DNA of 33,504 nt from Octopus bimaculoides. Its lineage: Eukaryota. The position numbers and the translations under genes are program-made. The notes beneath the pieces were generated by a model. That model made no database searches. It had not been told where the DNA came from and worked only from the letters and a program-made list of their open reading frames with translations. Positions 12,135-23,389 of this stretch are shown piece after piece. The stretch's first letter is position 1. Each line of letters opens with the position of its first letter. The DNA is taken from positions 10,213,817 to 10,247,320 of the forward strand of contig NC_068999.1 of the NCBI RefSeq assembly GCF_001194135.2. Reading direction: 5' to 3'.

Positions 12135-12285
12135 CGATATGTTCAGAGTTCAAATCCGACTATGGTTGAAACCTCCCAGTGAATATTCGAAAATCGATAA
12201 CAATATATCACCAGTCAAAAAGTAGGGTTAATTCATTCGACTCGCTCCTCTCAGCAAATCGTTAGCATTGTGCCTCAATGAGAAA
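12135..12285 (+). mobile_element. SINE-C, highly diverged
   Basis: GTTCAGAGTTCAAATCCG (B-box-like) ..AAATCGATAAC..ACCAGT..GCATTGTGCC is collinear with the copies at 30985-31140 (+) and 29988-30360 (-). Confidence 0.5.
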
Positions 12286-12326
12286 GCGTTGTTTGATGAT
12301 CATAAAATCATTATACATAGAGAAGT

Positions 12327-12440
12327 TTAAGTCTAAGAGTCACCATTTCTGTTGACTAGTGTATGTATACACAGACACACACGCACATACACACATATAT
12401 ACATACACTAGTCAACAGAAATGGCGACTCTTAGACTTAA
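12327..12440. repeat. 43-bp near-perfect inverted repeat bounded by TTAA, with a microsatellite loop
   Basis: 12327-12369 versus 12398-12440 is complementary at 42/43 positions, with a 28-nt CA-rich loop. Confidence 0.92.
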
Positions 12441-12620
12441 TATATATATACATGTACATATATATANNNNNNNNNNNNNNNNNNNNNNNNNNNNNNNNNN
12501 NNNNNNNNNNNNNNNNNNNNNNNNNNNNNNNNNNNNNNNNNNNNNNNNNNNNNNNNNNNNNNNNNNNNNNNNNNNNNNNNNGTTCACTTTTGCTGGTCAT
12601 TCCTCTTATTTTTGTATGTA

Positions 12621-12672
<52 letters not shown>

Positions 12673-13691
12673 TGCTCACATGTGACCACCGTCCATCTTT
12701 CTTTACCCCACATGACCATCTTTCTTTTCCTGCACGGACATTCAAATAGGCTAAAGTGTTTCTTTCTCTCTCTATTCTATCTTTTCACTTATCAAAAAAA
12801 TTTGTTTGCCCCAGCGTTCACTATTTGCCTCTCGTTCTGGTCAAGCGACCCTCCATGTTTGTTTTCGTTCACTAACATGATTTTGTTCCTAACCTTGACC
12901 TTCCATAAATCCAAAATTTTATCTTACAATTTTTTCGAACAACTGTCTTTGAAGACTCATATTGTCGTTGAATGCTCGAAATGAGGAGTAGATTACTTGC
13001 CCTATTTCCATTTATTTTTTGTTGTTTATGTATTTCATGTTATTTGCACCGTTGGTGACGTCCTGTACCCATATATGAATGTGTGTATGTATATNNNNNN
13101 NNNNNNNNNNNNNNNNNNNNNNNNNNNNNNNNNNNNNNNNNNNNNNNNNNNNNNNNNNNNNNNNNNNNNNNNNNNNNNNNNNNNNNNNNNNNNNNNNNNN
13201 NNNNNNNNNNNNNNNNNNNNNNNNNNNNNNNNNNNNNNNNNNNNNNNNNNNNNNNNNNNNNNNNNNNNNNNNNNNNNNNNNNNNNNNNNNNNNNNNNNNN
13301 NNNNNNNNNNNNNNNNNNNNNNNNNNNNNNNNNNNNNNNNNNNNNNNNNNNNNNNNNNNNNNNNNNNNNNNNNNNNNNNNNNNNNNNNNNNNNNNNNNNN
13401 NNNNNNNNNNNNNNNNNNNNNNNNNNNNNNNNNNNNNNNNNNNNNNNNNNNNNNNNNNNNNNNNNNNNNNNNNNNNNNNNNNNNNNNNNNNNNNNNNNNN
13501 NNNNNNNNNNNNNNNNNNNNNNNNNNNNNNNNNNNNNNNNNNNNNNNNNNNNNNNNNNNNNNNNNNNNNNNNNNNNNNNNNNNNNNNNNNNNNNNNNNNN
13601 NNNNNNNNNNNNNNNNNNNNNNNNNNNNNNNNNNNNNNNNNNNNNNNNNNNNNNNNNNNNNNNNNNNNNNNNNNNNNNNNNNNNNNNNNNN

Positions 13692-13732
<41 letters not shown>

Positions 13733-15440
13733 AAGCAATAAATTTTATCAATAAACAAATTGACTACTATCGGTTATTATTCTTTTAATACAAAACTTTA
13801 ACATTGCTAACAGCCGTTTCTGCAACCTATGTCAGTCAGCACTGCCAAAGAAAATGATGAGAATAATATTCATCATATTTTATAGCCCATCCGATCTGGT
13901 ACATGGAGCTTCATCAGAGTGAAGACAAATGCATATAAAATAAAAGGTAAGAGGAAAGAGAAAAGAACAGGGCCGCGGGATGATGATACGAGGCATAATA
14001 AATTAGAATCACACCATTTTGCAGTGTAAGGCTTGCAGTGTAAGCTAGAAATATAGCTGGTGGGTTAATCTTTCTTTAGGGGAACCAGAGTGTATGAATA
14101 ATAAGAAATAGATGAAATATACCTAGTACTTTAGTGTGACTGGATTCGCCAATAGGTCAAGAAAAAGAATAGGACATGCACATAAGTTTGTTACATTAGT
14201 GTACTTACTGATATATTTAAAAGACCAACCACCGTAATGGAATTGACCAATGTCCAGCCATCACTATAATTTAAAGACCAACCACCTGATGTCCAACCAT
14301 CACTATAATTGGTCAGTTGAATTTAAAACCACGTGAAAGCTTACAGTTATAGGCGTAAATAAAAGTTATAGAAGTAAATAAAATTTACTGCTGTGTGACA
14401 ATAAAAAAAAAAAACTAATAGATAAGGAGAGACTACCATTATGGGGAGGTAGTTACTAGGGCAACTATTATAATACTAAATCTATCTTCTTAAATAGCCA
14501 CCATGGTCCCAAGTGGCGGTTATACTAGACAAACAGTAATTGTCTAAATGTATTGTCTATATGTATGCATACGTATATATATATATATATATATNNNNNN
14601 NNNNNNNNNNNNNNNNNNNNNNNNNNNNNNNNNNNNNNNNNNNNNNNNNNNNNNNNNNNNNNNNNNNNNNNNNNNNNNNNNNNNNNNNNNNNNNNNNNNN
14701 NNNNNNNNNNNNNNNNNNNNNNNNNNNNNNNNNNNNNNNNNNNNNNNNNNNNNNNNNNNNNNNNNNNNNNNNNNNNNNNNNNNNNNNNNNNNNNNNNNNN
14801 NNNNNNNNNNNNNNNNNNNNNNNNNNNNNNNNNNNNNNNNNNNNNNNNNNNNNNNNNNNNNNNNNNNNNNNNNNNNNNNNNNNNNNNNNNNNNNNNNNNN
14901 NNNNNNNNNNNNNNNNNNNNNNNNNNNNNNNNNNNNNNNNNNNNNNNNNNNNNNNNNNNNNNNNNNNNNNNNNNNNNNNNNNNNNNNNNNNNNNNNNNNN
15001 NNNNNNNNNNNNNNNNNNNNNNNNNNNNNNNNNNNNNNNNNNNNNNNNNNNNNNNNNNNNNNNNNNNNNNNNNNNNNNNNNNNNNNNNNNNNNNNNNNNN
15101 NNNNNNNNNNNNNNNNNNNNNNNNNNNNNNNNNNNNNNNNNNNNNNNNNNNNNNNNNNNNNNNNNNNNNNNNNNNNNNNNNNNNNNNNNNNNNNNNNNNN
15201 NNNNNNNNNNNNNNNNNNNNNNNNNNNNNNNNNNNNNNNNNNNNNNNNNNNNNNNNNNNNNNNNNNNNNNNNNNNNNNNNNNNNNNNNNNNNNNNNNNNN
15301 NNNNNNNNNNNTATATATATATAGTCGTACACATACTCTAGTGATTTGAAATCCGCTCTAAAACCGTGCGTTCCAACTGCCCAAGTGTTGCCTCAAGTCT
15401 TGTAAGGAGAGAAGAATAGACGGAAAGAGCTTGGACAGCA

Positions 15441-15531
15441 CTTCTGTTTCAAAGGGTCAACGCTCTGACACGTAGTGCCACGGATGTTATGACAGCGATT
15501 CTACCTGAAGATTTCATTAAGGGTACGCACG
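15441..15531 (+). mobile_element. SINE-D relic
   Basis: TTCAAAGGGTCA..TGACAC..CCTGAAGATTTCATTAAGGGTACGCAC matches the central part of the copy at 22795-23385. Confidence 0.6.
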
Positions 15532-17164
15532 GTTGTTGAATAATCATCTACTTACCCTTATAATACAATTTTCAAGTAGTTCACTTGATCGAACAAATGG
15601 AATAAACATTGTTGGAACCATTAACGATCTGTGTACTTTACATATATATGAATATGCATATGTACATACATCGAGACGGACATATGTGTGTGTGTGTGTG
15701 TTTTTTTATGTATTCGGGAAGGAAGTGAGAGAGTGAGAGCGAAAAAGAGAGAGAAAGAGTGAGAGGGAATCCAAGAGAGGGAGAGAAATAAATAAATATT
15801 TGTTTTTTGATATTTAACATGGCCTAATGCTTTGATTTCTGTGTTATGTCGGATAGAGGATGTATACGTAAGAAAGTCCTTTGCCTTCACATTGCCGTGT
15901 GTGTATGTGTGTATAAGCGTGTGTTTGTGTGTGTATGTGTGTATGTCTATGTAAGTATATGCGTATGTATGTGCATGTATGTGCATGTATGTAGGTATGT
16001 TTTAATGCTATTTAAAAAGTGCCGACATAGCAAAAAAAACACAAAAAAACAAAACATTAATACAATGCCAAAGATGAAATAAATATACAAAATATAAGCA
16101 GCATTATGCTTCAGTGTGAATATTTATGCTAGTGTGTATAATTGTATACGCGCACCCCCCCCCCACACACATGCANNNNNNNNNNCACCCCCCCCCACAC
16201 ATGCACCACACACACACACACCACACGCACACACACCACACACACGCACCACACACACACACGCATATTGATACACACATTAGCTTTATATACGTAAATG
16301 TATTTATGTATATTGGAATGTGTGTATATATATGTGTATGTATATATATATGCATGTACATTTGTATGTATATATGTGTGTATATATGTATATATAAGTT
16401 TATTCATATACATGTATGCATATATATATATCTTTATATATATATGTGTATATATGTATGTATATATATAATATGTATGTATATACATATATGTATACAT
16501 ATATATATATCGTTCCCTGAATTTGCCAACCGCAGTGCATGTCATCTAGTCACTATCACAAATATTAGTTTCAAACTCTTCACCTTAATTCTAACAATTT
16601 AATGATGTTTTCCTTCTCACCATTATTATTATTACAAAAGCAACAGGATCGTCCTGCGTTAAGCCCTTACGAGGTTGTCCTCGCTCGAATTGAAAACGGA
16701 ATTTTCCTCAAATCATAACATACCATTTAAAATCATGAACGCCTTTCTTATTGCTGTCCTAGGTGTTCTGCAAATACCTTTGCCACAGTTGGGAAGACCT
16801 TGGTCGTAGATTTTTCTCTCAGTTTTGAGCTAAAGAATTCTAACATTATCTCTAACGTTTTAGGCTTCTAAACTAAATAGATAAAACGGCTAATTGAGTC
16901 CTCTGAATGGTCTAATGACGAACACGTTTTTGTTAATGCTAAATCTAAAATGCAATGTAAGATTAGACTGTTTTGTTTCTTTTTTAAAATATACAAGGCA
17001 GGATGGTCATGTGGAATATCTTAAATCATATTCTTGTTTGATTATTTGTAGTCACCTGCGTGTTACCATCAAACATCATCACCGTCAACATCAGCACAAT
17101 CGCCATCATTTTAGTTACCATCATCATGCTCATCATCACCACCACCTCTGCAACTACAACAAAA

Positions 17165-17343
<179 letters not shown>

Positions 17344-17438
17344 CCATACAAATATTGCCAACCTTGTTCTAAAACTACACCATTGTCGATGTAGTTTCAA
17401 CTACACTGGCCTCACCACCATCACCGCATTTCGTTTAT

Positions 17439-17646
17439 AAAGGAATCTCTACGTAGTCACTTGAATTGCTAGAAACAGCAACTAAATCTTCCTAAAAAAA
17501 GGAGACAAAGAATTTGACACATTAAGCAATTATATGCTTATGGATAAGAATAAAACGGGATGGCCACGGTACGAATGTCTGTGATACTAGGTCTGGTGAA
17601 TGAGATGTAATCTGGGTCGAAACATCATAATCAATAGCAACAACAA
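17439..17646 (+). mobile_element. Dispersed repeat family B (probable SINE or LINE tail ending in (CAA)n)
   Basis: CTAGAAACAGCAACTAAATCTTCC..AAACGGGATGGCCACGG..TAGGTCTG..CTGGGTCGAAAC..CAACAACAAAC. A second head motif follows at 17683-17707. Confidence 0.65.
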
Positions 17647-17760
17647 ACTCATCGGCTACAAGGCAACGAGTTTTCTCTTCACGAAATAGCAGTCAAATCT
17701 TCCTCAACGTATACACTTGTTTCGTCGTTAAAGTATTAAGAAAATCGTATCGCTTATTCG

Positions 17761-17990
17761 TTTTAGTAATTAGGTTGCGACCATGATAGAGGGCGCCATT
17801 TAGAAGTGGTACTTAGTCGAATAAATCGATCCTAGCACTGAATACCTTAATGTCTCGAACTTATTCTATCGGTCCTTTTTCCTGAGCCGCTAAGTAACAG
17901 GTGCATAAACGAACTAATTCCGGTTTATTAAACGGTGGTGTGGAACAAACACAATTACATGCAAACACACACACACACACACACACAGAC
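17761..17990 (-). mobile_element. SINE-A 3' half, old
   Basis: TTGCGACCATGATAGAG..TTAGTCGAATAAATCGATCC..ACTTATTCTATCGGTC..GCCGCTAAGTAAC followed by (CA)n. Confidence 0.78.
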
Positions 17991-18231
17991 AGACACCCCT
18001 AACACACACACACACACACAGACACACAAAAGAAGGATGAAATGGAATAAGCAGGACAAGAGGAGACGTGAGACAGAAAGTCACTGATGAAGTTGCAGAA
18101 TGAGTAACGACAAACTTTGAGAGACTTTTAAACTAAAAATTATACAAATAAAACTAAAGTGAAGATCAAATAAATAGTCCATTTGTTCATTTGGTAAAAA
18201 AAAAAAAAATTACCATCCCATCCCCAAGCAA

Positions 18232-18272
<41 letters not shown>

Positions 18273-18469
18273 GTTCAAATGTACAGAAAACAAAAGGCAG
18301 AGACAGGGGAAGGAACAACAAGCAGGCATATTAGTTTGACGCTCAAGAAAAGGGGAAAAGTGTTTGACGTTTCGAGCTTACGCTCTTTGACAGAAAGGGA
18401 TGAGAGAAAAAATGCAGAGTGAAGAAGAATGTGTCGGGATTAACGGTACCAAGCACGCGCACGCACATA

Positions 18470-18552
18470 CATATGATGCACTTCCACCCTGTTTTCGTCT
18501 ACTAAATTCTCTGATAAGTGTTGGCCTGAGGCTCAAGTAGAAGATAGCCAAG
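18470..18552 (-). mobile_element. SINE-A 5'-central fragment
   Basis: GTTTTCGTCTACTAAATT..TTGGCCTGAGGCT..GTAGAAGA. It may be the other half of 17761-17990, split at the central microsatellite. Confidence 0.55.
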
Positions 18553-18968
18553 AAAAAATAACAACCTGCATCTGCTGACAATGTCACCATTGTCATCTGA
18601 ACTGCCTTTACCGATAAGACTCGACTGTCGCTGTATTCTAAGACTACCATCGCCATTATCCCTACGGTCACCAACAACACTACTGCGTACTCATTCGCTT
18701 CCACCATTATTACAATTGTCCTCAACATTAGAGTACAGCCATTGCCACCGGAGTACCTTTAAACAACCATAAAGACACACACACACATACACGCATCATA
18801 CATGCATACGTACATACATAAAAACGAAAGCAAACTGACACATGCAAAGACGAACGCACGTTAACCCTGACACATACACATATGGATATAAACACATGCA
18901 AAATGCATACAGGCGAACACGCTATAGTTTACTAATACACTGACGCACGCACTTGCATCACACACACA

Positions 18969-19007
<39 letters not shown>

Positions 19008-20198
19008 CAGCACGCACAGACATAAGTATTCTCCCACGCAGACACAAACATAACTAAGTTCATACACATACACACACACGAACACACATTCAGTGACACA
19101 TCTCACACACACACACAATCGCACATTCACACAGGCACACATGCACATAAAGTGGCACATTCACACACACACACACAATGGCACATACACAGACACGAAC
19201 ACACACATATAGGGGAACATTTACAAACACACGNNNNNNNNNNNNNNNNNNNNNNNNNNNNNNNNNNNNNNNNNNNNNNNNNNNNNNNNNNNNNNNNNNN
19301 NNNNNNNNNNNNNNNNNNNNNNNNNNNNNNNNNNNNNNNNNNNNNNNNNNNNNNNNNNNNNNNNNNNNNNNNNNNNNNNNNNNNNNNNNNNNNNNNNNNN
19401 NNNNNNNNNNNNNNNNNNNNNNNNNNNNNNNNNNNNNNNNNNNNNNNNNNNNNNNNNNNNNNNNNNNNNNNNNNNNNNNNNNNNNNNNNNNNNNNNNNNN
19501 NNNNNNNNNNNNNNNNNNNNNNNNNNNNNNNNNNNNNNNNNNNNNNNNNNNNNNNNNNNNNNNNNNNNNNNNNNNNNNNNNNNNNNNNNNNNNNNNNNNN
19601 NNNNNNNNNNNNNNNNNNNNNNNNNNNNNNNNNNNNNNNNNNNNNNNNNNNNNNNNNNNNNNNNNNNNNNNNNNNNNNNNNNNNNNNNNNNNNNNNNNNN
19701 NNNNNNNNNNNNNNNNNNNNNNNNNNNNNNNNNNNNNNNACGCAAACGCACACACACAGAAGTGCTTATAGGCCAACGTAAGTACGCACACACGCACACG
19801 TGCAAACAAATTTCCCTACAGAAACGCAAGAATACATGCGCGTACACATGCACACAATTGGCACACACGCACGTTGTAACATGCGAATACATACGCACAA
19901 ACCAGCACGCACACATATACGAGCATACGCGCGCACACTCATACACGGGCACACATCCGCATAAACGCACACGTCAACACACGCATATACGAGTGTACAC
20001 ACCGTCACACATGAAGCACACATGATTCGAGTATACGTATATATAGCACAAACACGCACTCCCAAGCACACTAGACACGCACGCACACACACACGTACAG
20101 ACTCATCCATGCGCGCTCGCGCACACACACACACACACACACATACACACACACACACACACACACTCTCGCGCGTAGCCACATACTCACACAGGCGA

Positions 20199-20990
20199 AT
20201 ACAAGCGCCCTCTATCCACTAACACAGACACACGCATACACGCGGCACTTACCTTNNNNNNNNNNNNNNNNNNNNNNNNNNNNNNNNNNNNNNNNNNNNN
20301 NNNNNNNNNNNNNNNNNNNNNNNNNNNNNNNNNNNNNNNNNNNNNNNNNNNNNNNNNNNNNNNNNNNNNNNNNNNNNNCAAACCCGCACACATATAAGCA
20401 CCCTCTACCATTGACATAAACTTGCAGACTCTTCCATGCGCGCACACACACACTTATCTACAGAAACACATACATGCAGACTGTTCCGTGCGCGCGCGGT
20501 CATACGCACACACACACACTCACACGTATACGCATACCCACACACACACACACACACACACGCGCGCATATAAGCACCCTTCTACCACTGATATAAACTT
20601 GCAGACTCTACAACGCACGCACACACACACACCTACACATACACATACATGCAGACTGTTTCATACACGCGCGCACACACACACACATACTCACACGTAC
20701 ACGCATACCCACACACACACACACACACACACGCATAAGCACCCTCTACCTCTGACATAAACTTGCAGACTCTTCTAAGCGCGCACGCACACATACACAC
20801 ACACACATACATGCAGACTGTTCCATGCGCACTCACACACACACACATACTTACACGTACACGCATACCCTCCCAACACACACACACATAAGCACCCTGT
20901 ATCCACTGACAGAAGCATGGACACTCTTCCACGCGCACACACACACTTACCTACACAGACACATACACGCAGAACCTTCCACGCACAAAC
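20199..20990. repeat. Composite minisatellite, about 5 units of 153-194 bp
   Basis: The anchor TAAGCACCCT starts at 20395, 20571, 20736 and 20889, with a diverged copy near 20201. Each unit has conserved blocks (CTGACATAAACTTGCAGACTCT, CATACATGCAGACTGTT, CACGTACACGCATACCC) separated by variable (CA)/(CG) tracts. Confidence 0.9.
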
Positions 20991-21020
20991 GCAACTCCTG
21001 GCTGTCGTCTGCTTGCTCAC

Positions 21021-21121
21021 CACCCGCGTTCTCTGCCGTGGTTCCCGGCCGCAACAACTATCCACTCGCCCCATTGACCCTGGCTGCTCCGCTTTCCAAG
21101 CCCACCAGTCGTGACACGATT
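21021..21121 (-). other. Candidate 101-nt exon of an unidentified gene
   Basis: The minus strand reads TGTCTGTTTGTGCTGTAG|AATCG...CGGGTG|GTGAGC. It is a GC- and CpG-rich non-repetitive island and two frames are open. Confidence 0.35.
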
Positions 21122-21159
21122 CTACAGCACAAACAGACACAGCCACAACTCCAAACAAC

Positions 21160-21480
21160 CCCTTTCTCTCTTCCTCTCTTTCACGTCTTTCTTCGCCTTT
21201 TCCTTCTCCTTCATCATCATCCTTTTCTTTTCTTTTCCTCCTCGTCGTCCTCCATTTTATCATCATCCTCATCGTCTCCTCCTCCTTCTCTTCCATTTTC
21301 TCTTCTACCTCCTCTTCGTTCTTGTTCTTATCCTTCGTCTCCTTTTCCTTCTCCTCCTTTTCCCTCTATCTTCTTCTTCTTCTTCTTCTCTTTCTTCTTC
21401 TTCTTCTCTTTCTTCTTCTTCTTCTCTTTCTTCTTCTTCTTCTCTTTCTTCTTCTTCTTCTTCTTCTTCTTCTTCTCTCT
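21160..21480. repeat. Polypyrimidine tract with an 18-bp higher-order (TTC) repeat
   Basis: CTCTTT interruptions at 21388, 21406, 21424 and 21442 (period 18) within (TTC)n. Confidence 0.9.
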
Positions 21481-22182
21481 TTTACTGACCTCTTTCCCAA
21501 ACCCCAAACACATGCACCCGCATGCATTGAAGGTGCACACTGATGCGCGTGCGCAGACACACACACGCACACGCACACACTCACACACACACACACGCAA
21601 GCACATGCATGCACACATACATGAATGGATGCAAAATCATACTTGAGAATACACAATTTCCTGCACACACAGACACACAAAACAACAACAACACGCATAC
21701 ACATATGCACGTGCGCTCATGTGCAACGCACTCACGCACACGACCGCAAGCTCACTCATATACAGACAGACACACACACACACACGCACGCACACACATG
21801 CTCATACACTCACAGACACACACTAACGCAACCCTCCCGCCGTCATTCGCAGCTTCATTAACTAAAGACGTTGTCAATCACAACATTAACCGCCATTTTC
21901 ACCACCACCNNNNNNNNNNNNNNNNNNNNNNNNNNNNNNNNNNNNNNNNNNNNNNNNNNNNNNNNNNNNNNNNNNNNNNNNNNNNNNNNNNNNNNNNNNN
22001 NNNNNNNNNNNNNNNNNNNNNNNNNNNNNNNNNNNNNNNNNNNNNNNNNNNNNNNNNNNNNNNNNNNNNNNNNNNNNNNNNNNNNNNNNNNNNNNNNNNN
22101 NNNNNNNNNNNNNNNNNNNNNNNNNNNNNNNNNNNNNNNNNNNNNNNNNNNNNNNNNNNNNNNNNNNNNNNNNNNNNNNNNN

Positions 22183-22228
<46 letters not shown>

Positions 22229-22794
22229 GCATACACACACAACACATACACACTTACATACTTGTGAGTGTGCTTCAAGGACATACTTACATGTATATGT
22301 GGGGTTATAATCCAAGCTGTGTCCGTGAAGCACGTTTGCATGTTCACATTATTATTTTTTTTAATTTTAGCCTGAAGAATGAAGCATGGGAGATTCTATA
22401 TTACATGCGTTATCTACATGTATAACTTTGTAATTCCTATGTAGTAATGAAACACGTGTAACGTGGAATTAAAAATGTACCGAATTTTCCACCCTTTTTA
22501 AAAAATATATATTTGTTTGTATATGTGTGTGTGTGGCTTGGGACTGTGTGTGAGAGAGTGAGAAAGTGAGAGGGGGAAAGACACACCTATTCACTCAAAC
22601 ACGTGCTCACACACACACACACACACACACACACATTATCACACACACACATACAGATAATGTTCTCTATTTTTAAAAGCACTCTCGTGTTGGATTCTGT
22701 ATCGGTCTCAATGATACCGCTCTAAATCACCAAATTTTGAAGTAGCTACTAAGTAGCTGAGTATTCCGTAGATAAGTATTCCGTACACTTAACG

Positions 22795-23385
22795 CAGTTC
22801 TCAGTCAGTGGTTAGGGCAGCGGATTCGCGGTCATAGGATCGCGGTTTCGATTCCCAGACCGGGCGTTGTGAGTGTTTATTGAGCGAAAAACCCATAAAG
22901 CTCCACGAGGCTCCGGCAGGGTGTGGTGGCGAACCCTGCTGTACTCTTCCACCACAACTTTCTCTCACTCTTACTTCCTGTTTCTGTTGTGCCTGTAATT
23001 CAAAGGGTCAGCCTTGTCACACTGTGTCACGCTGAATATCCCCGAGAACTACGTTAACGGTACACGTGTCTGTGGAGTGCTCAGCCGCTTGCACGTTAAT
23101 TTCACGNNNNNNNNNNTCCGGCAGGGTGTGGTGGCGAACCCTGCTGTACTCTTCCACCACAACTTTCTCTCACTCTTACTTCCTGTTTCTGTTGTGCCTG
23201 TAATTCAAAGGGTCAGCCTTGTCACACTGTGTCACGCTGAATATCCCCGAGAACTACGTTAACGGTACACGTGTCTGTGGAGTGCTCAGCCGCTTGCACG
23301 TTAATTTCACGAGCAGGCTGTTCCGTTGATCGGATCAACTGGAACCCTCGACTTCGTAATTGACGGTGTGCCAACACACACAAAA
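22795..23385 (+). mobile_element. SINE-D, well-preserved tRNA-headed SINE (true length about 385 bp after removing the gap duplication)
   Basis: Head CAGTCAGTGGTTAGGGCAGCGG..GGTTTCGATTCCC with A-box and B-box (B-box at 22845-22855), a GC-rich body and a short CA/CAA tail. Older relatives lie at 15441, 27019 and 31290. Confidence 0.85.
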
Positions 23386-23389
23386 CCAT

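Noticed and set aside
20199-20990. CRISPR-like look of conserved blocks with variable spacers
   Set aside because: The spacers are microsatellites related to each other, the unit length is 150-190 bp, the context is eukaryotic and there are no cas genes.
22795-22868. tRNA gene
   Set aside because: It has A and B boxes but continues into a SINE body with no poly-T terminator and no clean cloverleaf. The same applies to the SINE-A and SINE-C heads.
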